The notes below the pieces were generated by a model, which saw nothing but the letters and a program-made list of their open reading frames with translations, did not search any database and was not told the origin of the DNA. Shown one piece after another: positions 26,302 to 36,700 of a stretch of 64,000 nucleotides of DNA. A program made the translations under genes and the position numbers. Within the stretch, counting starts at the first letter, position 1. Each line of letters opens with the position of its first letter. The DNA comes from Paraspadella gotoi (Eukaryota; Animalia; Chaetognatha): the NCBI GenBank assembly GCA_051294375.1, contig CM119264.1, positions 22,655,826 to 22,719,825 of the forward strand. Reading direction: 5' to 3'.

Positions 26302-28767
26302 ATGGGGGCATCAGTATTCGGAGCAACGTTGATGATTTTCCTCGCCGTGGACGGGTGCGCGGGCGAGAAGATGACATTGCTGTGGAAGCAACCAAAACCG
26401 GCGTCGTACTACGCAAAGATCGGTTCGTTGTTGCTATTTTGTCGCTCGTATATTTAATTTTTTTAGGTGTGTAGTTTAAAAGAATATTAACCAAAAAAAT
26501 TAACAAAAAGATGGACTGAAGGGCGGTACAGGTGTCGAGGGGTCGTCGGAAGGCCGCCGAGAGAAGCGCGAGTTATTTATGAGAGTTTTAATTAGTCCTT
26601 TGATCCTTGGCAACAATCATTAATCGAATAACATTTTTTCTTTCCGCCTTTGGATACAGAAACGCCCTATTTTTTTTTTATCGATGTATGCTACATATAC
26701 TATATACCAATAGTTATTGAAAAATTTATCACTTCTCAGCAAAACTGGCCATCGGATCAGAGGCGCACATGAACGCCAAAGAACAACAAGAGTACGAACG
26801 GGCCAAGCACTTCAACGTGGGGATCTCGCGGCCGAAGTTCAAGGCTAATAATCAGGAGTGAGTATTTTGTCCTATTTCTATATATCTTTTTTATGACTCA
26901 CTTTGAAACTCTTATTTTCAAGATTTTCCAGAAATTTTTTCGGCATTCATCAAAAAAAATTTAAAATTAATTATATATATTTTGCATAATTTCAGTCAAT
27001 CGAAACAACCAGATTACCATTCAATGAGATTGCTAAACACCTTCAAGATTTATCGTCCGACCAAGTACCATTCTCCCAATGAGGTGATAGATCCGTTATA
27101 TCAACTTATAACTTATATCAACTATTAACTATAAGAATTAACCAATAACCATTCTCTATTTCAATATTTCTCACCTTCAGTTTTATAGTAATTGGCGGCG
27201 CGATCAACCCTCAATCTACTCTCGTCCGACGATCGTAGAGGGCGTCGTTCGTGACCCTTTCGAGGATCGACTTAAGAGCGAAACGACGGTTGAAGCGTCG
27301 GCAGCCGACAACCTTGCGGCGTTTAAACAAGCGTCGCCGGAAGTCCGGCGTCGGATCGACGCCGAAAAGAAGTGGAATGACCGCCGGGTTGTGCCGGGAG
27401 TCATCGAGGGAGTTGCCGAGAACGATCTTGAGGCTGTCAAAGTGGACGACGCTTTCCCCCTACCCGTCGATTCTATCTTTAACGAGAAACCAATCGTCCC
27501 CGTTCAATTGAAGTCAGTCGGTGAAGACCACAAAGCCGCCGACGACGCCCACACAGCGGGCGCTCACAAATCGGTTCCCCGACGAGGCGTCACCTTCGTC
27601 GACAACTCCGAGTCGGAAAGCGCTCCGACCGTCTGGAAGGCACCTCCTGCGCCAATTCCGGTCGTTCCAGTGGCTCCCAAACCCCGCGCCCGGTCTCGCT
27701 ACAACGATGACAAGTGGCACACGGCCAAAGAGTTCCGCGCTCATCCATACAACTACCGCTTTAAGATTCGCGCCCAGTCCGGGAGAAACGTAACCTACAT
27801 CGAGAGACCGAGTTTAAGGAAAAGTTACGCAGGATATGGTAAGCTCTCAGGGTGAGGGGGTTGAAAAATAAAACTGGTTGTGTGTGACAGACAGTGAGAG
27901 ACAAAACCAAGCAATCGTTCAAAATTGTTCATCTTACGTACACGTATAATTCAAGGAACAATGCTTTGTTAAAAGTTAACATTATGATTATCAGCTATTT
28001 TCAAGACTTATGTCTGGTAATGAATTAAGATTAACAGAAATTTACCACGAAGTGACTGGTATTTTCAACGCTCCCCACACACAGAGCCGAAGCCCCATGG
28101 AGAAGTTGAGGGCGCTCACTGTCTCCCACGCTCAACCGACACATACGATCGCAACAAGTGGATCTGCTGTAACAATTCCCTCAAGCCGCGACTTGACTCT
28201 TGGATGACCTCCTGCTGCGGCGGAGAGACTTACGATCCGAAGCGCAACATCTGCTGCGGAGGTCGGCTGCGCGTCAAGAGAAACAGAAAGCAAATGTGCT
28301 GCGGCGACCGCGCCTACAACCCAGAGAGCTTCGTGTGCTGTAGCGGTCGCGTCAACTTCGCCGGCAAGAGCGGCCGGCATCGGCGGAGAACCCACGTCTG
28401 CTGTGGAAAGTGGACCTACAATCCAGCCAACCAGATTTGCTGCAGTGGAATCATTAGCAGGAGGACTAAGGGGTTCAGGTACGAAATAATTCAGGTTTTT
28501 TCCCCAATATTTTTTTCATTTCCAACATCAAATCTATCTCTACCGGTTACTCTGAAAAAAACATGGAGTTGTTTAATTTTAAGATAACTAATTTAGTGTA
28601 CATTTAAAATTTAAAAAAAAAAAAATTTTGTAACTCGTCTCTTATATGATTTTCTCAGGTCTTGCTGCAAAACGAATCCCTATAATCCCTATTCGCACTC
28701 TTGCTGCAACGACGGTATACGTCCCAAATACCAAGGATGCGTTTCTTGGGGAAGAAGGTTATACTGA
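26302..28767 (+). CDS. Secreted galaxin-like (di-cysteine repeat) protein, 6 coding exons
   Basis: Signal-peptide-like start MGASVFGATLMIFLAVDGCAG. Phase-consistent exons 26302-26422, 26740-26857, 26996-27083, 27181-27838, 28085-28478 and 28659-28767. C-terminal tandem repeats of the form CC-x-x-x-x-Y(D/N)P-x4-CC-x-G (CCGGETYDPKRNICCGG, CCGDRAYNPESFVCCSG, CCGKWTYNPANQICCSG, CCKTNPYNPYSHSCCND). Confidence 0.85.
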
Positions 28768-30108
28768 CCTTGATAAAAAAACATTGTACACAACCAACAG
28801 AAAACCACTTGCTCGCTATTCTAACTCCTGTTATTTATTATAAATAACGTGTTTTCTTTGAATCCAGAACATGAGCTAAAGGCTTTAGACAAGTTCTATC
28901 GCTACAGTATAAACTCACCTTTGTAAATATTCTGACAACTACAAAATTTCGTGTTTTCATAAACCCAGTGAAACTGTATTCCTCTATTTTGACATATTTT
29001 TTGGGTATATTTATTGTTACTGATGTGTCAGTTTTCAAAACTGACGAAAGAAATTAATTGTTTTTAGCCTAAAGCGTGCTACTACTGAAAAATAAAAGTT
29101 TTAATGGATGAATTTTTACTTCCTACAAACAATATGGTAAATGATAAAAAAAAAATTCAATTTATAGTTCAAATAATTACTCGCATGACAATTGTATTAG
29201 AAAACACTAATAATAATACTAAAAGGTATTTATGAAAGCTATCACTACTGACAAATCACCAAAAGAGACCAGCATTGTGAAAAATCATATGATATTCATA
29301 TGAAAAACAATTCCAGTATTATTTAGTAATACAAGTCTCAAAAGTTTTAAATATCTTCGTAATTTTACCAGTTTGTGTTTCTTTCTAATTCTAGTATCTC
29401 AAAAGATTCCATTTATATTACAAATTACATAATATCATGTAAATAAAAAGATCACGTGATGAGACAGATTAGACGCGACATGCAGTCGGAAACAGGGTAT
29501 TCGTTAGACATTATCCAAAAATTGAAGCATTCTCCACCAGAAACCATTACTATATAAATAATGGTCTTGGACCGAACTATTGTAGAATGAGAGGGAAGAG
29601 GGGCAAAAAATATGACTAATTGAGTTTGGTAGAGATCAACCTCAAATAGTTCTCAAATATCGCGTAGATATGCAAATAATTGGTATATCTTTTTTTTCGC
29701 GTAATAAATGAACCGAGTAAATAAAGTCAGCGAATGCGTCTTCGATCGGGTGACCTCCTGCTTTCGAAGTCGATGCGGGAAGCGCCTTCTCCTAGTTTTC
29801 ACGAAAGTGCTCAATCTCGAACGAGCTCGCACTGTGGCTATCATAACAATGGATTTACGGAGAAAGAACTGGAACAAGGCCAAAAAAACCACCCATTTTA
29901 TGGCAAAAACTTTTCCTTTGCAAAAAATTAAAAATCTACCATAAAAAAATATTCGGAAAGCAGTAGCGAGCTTTAAAAAAAAATTTATTTCATTTTTGTT
30001 GGAGAAAGGCTGAAAGGGAGAAAGGCTGAGAGGGAGAAGTGAGGGAGAGTGAAGAGGACGTTCGAGATCGCAGCGAAATATTGCGAAATGTCCGGCGCGA
30101 GGGACGCG

Positions 30109-32878
30109 TCACAAAAATGCGGACGGATTGGCTCGCGGATCCTTTTGGTTGCGGAAGCGAACCGCGAGACAGACGCCGATAATTTCTGTGAAACTGAAGA
30201 AGAGGCCCAGGCCGCCGGCGGCGCGCAAAGCCGTATTCACCTGAAAAGCGGGACAGTATCACGGAATCATTACATTTAGATAAGATAAAAAACAGTTACT
30301 AGTAAAAAAATTAAATAAAATCATTTTAAATGTATTGCCATAGTGATAAGTGAAGACTTACTGTCTTTTTCGCTGCCTCCAAACAGGGTTGACATGGACA
30401 TTTCTCATTGTCTTCCTTTTTCCCGGTGCAGCAACGGAACTTTTCTTTTTGTTTATTGCAGCAATCTGTGTTTAAAGCGATAAGCATAAGGATAATCGTG
30501 CAATGTCAAGCCAAACTTTATAGAAAACAAGTTTGAGCAAACAATGTCGGATCTGCCCACGATCATTAGCGGTAATTAATTAATTAATTAATACAAACTA
30601 TATAAAAGAATAAATATAAATGATCCAAAATGTTTGTTTTTAGGTCTTTTCGTCACTGACCACGACAAAAGCAACGACGACGATGATGGCGATGACGACA
30701 ATAATGCCGATAACGATTGACTTGATTACTGATTAATTGATTAAATAATTAATTAATTTATAAATAAATTTATTGATTGAATAATTAATTAATAGCTGAC
30801 TAAATTAATTGTTAGATTGAATAATTAATTGATCGATTAATTGACCGATTAATTATTTATTAATTAATTGATTAATTAACTGATTAATTAATACATCTTG
30901 CATTTACATTTAATATAAAAGAAAAAGAAGCATAATCAATTAGTAAAACAGGTTTTTTGTTTTTTCCATTTAAACTCATTTCAACTCAGACGATTCCATC
31001 GAAACTTGATTTCCAGCTTAATCACACACTTTCCTACCCACATATATAAATTTTAAGTCAATCGCCCTATCCACTCATGAGCAATTAGTCTTCAAATAGT
31101 TAAATATAATAATATATTTTTTTGTTTTTTTCCATTTAAACTCATTTCCACTCGCACGATTCCATCAAAACTTGATTTCCAAATCAATCACACACTTCCC
31201 TACCCAGTACCCACACACAAAATTTCATTCCAAGCCATCCATCCAATCACGAGTAATTGGAGTTTTTTGCTAAGGTGGGACGGAGAGAAAGACTGACACA
31301 GAGAGACAGTTTTTTTGTGCATAATTTATAATAATTCGATATTCTGACATGATATATGTGAATGCCCGACAAGATTGAGGGGGCGGACCGACGAACCGAC
31401 AGTGAAATATAGAGTCGGGATCTGCTGAAAGCAGATCCGACTAAAAAATTCGAGCAACCAACCGGAAGCTAAGCAGACAGGATGCTTCATCTCGTCATTC
31501 TGATCATCTTTACGGAGAGCGCAACAGTTGAAGGTAGTTTGGCATTGAATTCTTGTCTCGTTGGTCACTTTGTCCCATCCTTCGATAAAAAAAATAATAT
31601 CGAATTAAATTTAATTTAGTTTTTCAGAAATTAATTAACATTTGCAGTAGACCTGTCGTCAGCAAGTTTTGCTGCTGCTTCGTATCGAAAGCGAGACATC
31701 CGCAGGCGACACCGAATTGAATGAGGAACAAGAGAAATAAAATGACCATGTAGAAGAACAAGCATACTTGATGGTGCTTCACGGCTCCGATAAGACCTAA
31801 TGCGACATAAGTGTTGTTATATTTAGTATTTATTTCCTTTAAAATTTTGAAGTTGATTAGGATGAGGTGCGAACAATTTTGAAAGGATTGGAAAATTATT
31901 AAGTCGCCAAAAACTTTTGCCCAATTCTGACCACTTTAATATATTTTAAAAATTTAGCTCTTGTAATTTGCACGATCTATTATTAAGTAAAATACTATTA
32001 AAAATACAGGTATGAGCTTCAAATGAAAAGAAGAAGCAAATATCTGGTCTTCATATTTTTCATAACAACTTTACAAAAACAATCACTTGTCATATTGTAA
32101 TATTTTTTTAAAATTTATACCTATACTTAATATAACCTATGGGGGTTATGATATATGCATCATTTGATTTTAGTATCAAATTGTATTATATTAATAAATA
32201 TTTATTTATACCAAAAAAAATCAATTTTAATATTAAAAATTTTTATTTAAAAGCAGAATGTTTTCATATACCACTTTTTTTTATTCCTCACTCTGGAATT
32301 TCTAATCATATTTCGGTCGAAATAAGATTAAATGAATAAAAAAAAAGCTAATTTTTATATATATACACGTATGAAATTGGTACAAACAATATAAAAATTA
32401 TCCATTCATTTGATAAATAAGCTAGTTTGCCCCTGACTTTGGACAGGGTTTCGTGGTTATATAAATTATCATATTTCGATCTTTAAATTAAAAGCTACAA
32501 AAGTTACCAAAACTAGAAAAATGAAGCAAAAAAAACTCACCCACGATGGAAATGAGAAGAAGGAAAACCCCACAGGCGATGATTCCGCCGATGACGGCGA
32601 TTTCGTTAACTACCGCCGCATATTTGCCGTAAGACGCGACGGTGATAAGAAGTAGGCCTGAGACAAGTAAAGTTTGTTTATCATACAATGCTGAATGCGT
32701 ATTATTGATACATCATCAGCCATAATGAATTGAAAAAAAAACCTCGTACAATCGCATATTCTTCGGGTTATTCAATGCCTTAAAACTGCTGTTTATACCG
32801 ATTAAACTCACCCACTAGAATGTAGAGAACGTTGAGGGCTGCGAGCCCGTTTCGAGAACAGGTGAATCCGCCGCACAT
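30109..32878 (-). CDS. TSPAN13/31: Tetraspanin-13/31 orthologue, 6 exons
   Basis: N-terminus [46 protein letters not shown], a Cys-rich large loop, and the diagnostic C-terminus [35 protein letters not shown]. Confidence 0.95.
30526..31310 (+). mobile_element. Dispersed non-autonomous element, Helentron/DINE-1-like (copy 1, in a TSPAN intron)
   Basis: Starts AACAAGTTTGAGCAAACAATGTCGGATCTGCCCACGATCATTAGC, shared with 38507. Shares a second ~135-bp block (30898-31034 vs 38730-38863), has an internal tandem duplication (~30950-31260), and ends in GACA/GACG-like simple repeats. The family assignment is inferred from this architecture. Confidence 0.6.
32371..32458 (+). repeat. Short dispersed repeat (three copies: 32371-32458, 60020-60104, 60330-60398)
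   Basis: Shared AAATTGGTACAA-CAATATAAAAATTATCCATTCATTT-ATAAATAA-CTA--TTGC-CCTGACTT. All copies are intronic; probably a transposon terminus. Confidence 0.85.
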
Positions 32879-33748
32879 TTTTTCAGTTCAACGACCTTTT
32901 GCACCTTTTTCCGGAGTGACCAGGGAAACTTTCTTGGATTCCAAATGATGCAAAGCTCACCGCCGAGTTTTTGGGACATGTAAACGTTCAAAACACATCA
33001 CTAGATGAAGTCGGAGAAATTACCCAACGATTAAAAACGAACCAGGGAGCACGAACGTTAAAAGGAGGAATTACAAAAGGGAATATGATCTACGGATCAT
33101 GGAAAGTAAAGAACTGGTAAATCAGTAACGGAGTGACGTGTACGTCTGGCACCGCGCGAGAAGCAGCGAGGATCCGGTGTCGTAAGCGAGCTCGGACGAC
33201 AAACTGGCTGGAAAGCGGCTCAGTCATCGACGGCCCTCTCGCGGACGATGCAGAATCCAAGAAAATAAAAGGCTGAGACTAACATGTTGGTTGTACCAAT
33301 TTCATGTGTGGGGGGGCTACAGTCTGTAGTCCAGATGTAGTACATCTGTAGTACAGATTATTTGGAAGTTTTGTATAACTAAATATATAGCTTGAAACGT
33401 GTCACTAGAAGTTTACATCAACCTATTTCGAATCTAACGTATCTAAGTAATAAATTGTAGGAAACATTAAATGAGAACTTTGAAAATGGTAAGATTAAAA
33501 GCAGATAAGGTTCGTTTGAGGTTAATAATAAAATTATAATTTAGAAAAAAAACATCAGCAACTGTAACAAACAATCGCTCTGTAAAAAATTCGTAATTTG
33601 TAAAACATCATAACGTCCTAAGTCCTAACGTTTATGGCCTTCGAAAGCAAAAGCTCAAGGCACAAAATAGTACGTAAAATAAACCGCGAGTTATTCCGAT
33701 CTCGGCCGAAATAATATGCCAACAATCCACAACAAAACATCGAATTCA

Positions 33749-36700
33749 TTATTTTCTCTTAACAATCTTCTCCGCGGCGGACTGATTGAATCCGGCCAAC
33801 CAATGAGCCACGTCGATCAAGAGGTCCTCGAGCAACTCGTCGGCCAGCGACATCTTGACGTCGACCTCTTCCTCCTCCACGTTGGTCCAGCTCGACTCCT
33901 CGCTTCTCAACTCTTCGGCAATAAGAGAGTTGACGACGTCTTCCGACTTGCGGTAGTTTACCCACAGTTGCGACTTAGGGTTCCGCTGGGGGGCGCGCAT
34001 TCCGCGAGGGCTAGGCCGAAAAAAGTGAAAAATACAGTGAATCTGACCCCGTTTAAAGATATACGCATGCACGGGACAACGCACCGTAAGCGTAAGATTA
34101 AAATCAACAACCCAATCTCCTTTTCCTCACCTCGCGGGGATGACGACTTTCGACACGGAAGCCCTGACAACGTTACAGAGTTGCTCCTTCGATTTGGGCT
34201 TCTTCTGTCTGGCCACGGCCTGCGCCAATTTTTTAGACTCTTGCCAAGGCAAGGGCGGCGATTCGTATTCGTCCCTACAAAAGTATCGATAACGAATGAG
34301 AGTCTGAAAGCTTAATAATTAATTGAAGCCCTGCGTTATTATCTTAAAAGCTTCGTTTACAATAAAATTGCCGACAATGACAAGAGAACTACGAGCCGTA
34401 ATTTCCTGAATGGGGAAAAGATTGTCCGTGAGCGGGGATATAGAAGAGACTGCGGATGTGGAAATTGAGTTGGGCCTTGGTGCCCGGGATGAGGAAAGCG
34501 GGGAAACTGAGCCCAAGAGGCCGAAGGGTTACCATAGGCAGGTTAATTGAAATTCTGATAGTTATGGAATCGTTTTAGTGTTTAATGATTAACTTAATCG
34601 AACTCCAAAAGTTCGGACGACATCGTCGACGAAGGCCCCAACCAGAGCGGCCCGTGAATCCTTTCGTCATCGACTTCGAAGATTGTCACATTTGGAGGAG
34701 TGACAACTTTCTTAAAGCTAAGGACTTGATACTTACAAGTCGAAAAAACGAGAAAAAACCTTTACCAGAGGGGGTGAGGAAAAGAAATCTCAGTAGAGCC
34801 TTCGACGACACTACAATATTACATTATTTTTCGCCAGATGGTGACGGTGGGGAAAGATTTCGCCGTTGATCTTGATAAAATAATTGGCGAAGGCTACTTT
34901 GGATCTATATATCTAGGCTTTAAAAAGCAGACAGGTGAAAAAAAGTTAATGGGCTAGACAGTATACTTAAATACTTCCAGATTTATTTAAAATTTTCGGT
35001 CTGACTGTGACAAAATCGAATTTCCCAGGCGAGAAGGTCGCTGTGAAAATATCGCGAAGAGAAAGCTTGTTAAAAATCGAGTGAGTATACATGTATTTTT
35101 TAAAACATTTTCATGGAGCAAGGAAAAGTTTCGATTGTTCCAAAATTAATTCAGATTTCAAGGATACTAACGATTCCTTGCTAACAAAAAAGCATCATAA
35201 CAAAAAAATATACAGGATGCCAGAACTTCACTGCTCAAAGAATCGGTGATATTAATGGAAGCTTATTTTGTTTCGCAAAATATGACCCAAGGTTTTTTAT
35301 CGTACGTTTAAGCATTGAAGTCAGGGCAAATACTTTGCCGGTAGAAATCATGAAGCTCCGCTTTTCGAGTTTTAAAATATTTTTAGGTCAAATAATCGAA
35401 AAATATTATTCTCATAGTTAATTCATTCTTAACAGCCATTCCTTTTTCTAACCAAGCAATACCGTATATCCCTAAATAGCGAAAATTCCCTGATTTCTTT
35501 CATAAGTTACAACAAAAGCATAAGAAACTGGAAAAATTGGTTGGGAGCGAATCCATTGCACAATTCTCGTGTTTTGCACTACTTCCCCCCCATTCTACCC
35601 GAGGGAGTCAATCACTAAGAAAAGTGACAAGTTCCATGGTCTGGTTCGGAACTGAAAAAACTCGCAGAAATTCGTCACTCCAGTTGCGACGAAGAGGTCG
35701 GGGTCGGCGAGAGAACTGGGGCAAGTCCGCTTGGTCGATCACATGCGCGATAACGCACGAGTCTTGGGGGGATAGCGTCAATGAGTCCCTTGTAGCATCC
35801 CTTGTGTCACCACGATGACAGGACGAAGGATCCAAACGAGGAGCCTTGCGAATCCAACCAAAAGGAAGTGGAGAAGTAGGGCGTTTGATATGAATTATCG
35901 AAAACGACAAATACTTCAATAATTAAAGCGTGACTCACGGGGAAGAAAGGATTTACGGATGAAATGATTTCTTCGCAAAGATTTTTCCTATGTTTCGAAC
36001 GGGGCGTTGTCGGAGGCTTGGGAAAGGCGAAGTCGCCGTAAACTTGACCATAGGACGCGCTCATCATGCTCTGGAGAGTATCCAATTCTTCAAAATAATG
36101 AGCGACGCAGTTCGCTACCCTCTCACGAATGATATTTTTTTTAAACAATGAAAACGTGATCGAAAATATGAGAGCGAGCGAAGGTCACTTTTTTTCTGAC
36201 TGAGTTTATCGGCCAACCATCCGCTCATCGCTCGTTTCAGTTCGGCTCATAATCGAGAAGGATAAGCAAAGCATCAACTTGCAGTCAGACTTCAAAACAA
36301 CGTCAGATATAACCGATAACGTAGTTTTTCAATGTTCTCTCGGTTAGACGATTTTCATGCTAGCTCTCTTAAAATTTTTTGTGTTCACAGTTCAGATAGC
36401 TAAATAACATATTTATTTTTTCCTTTTTTTTTTAGATATGACTGTTTCAAGAAGTTGAGGAACGCTTTGGAGAAGAAAAGACAATTGCGAGACCAGGGTA
36501 AATTGATTTTTGATGAACTTTTTCAAACACACCTACGTGTTAAATTGTATAAGATGATAAAGTTGTTAAGTCACATTATATACAATTTCAGAGCGATGCT
36601 TTGCAAAGGTTTTTGCGCTAGAGACGCAATTTTGGGATCTAAAATCAGCGATGGTGATGGAACTTCTTGGCAAAGATCTTGGAAAACTTTTTAAAGAAGA

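Noticed and set aside
30049-30279. Plus-strand ORFs opposite real exons (also 33716-34315, 40524-41141, 58362-58729, 59674-59973)
   Set aside because: Antisense shadows of TSPAN, CEP350 and FBXO11 coding exons.
34769-34773. Possible 5-nt micro-exon (AG|AGGGG|GT) in the CK1 gene
   Set aside because: The frame is open straight through from 34612, so a single exon is the simpler model.
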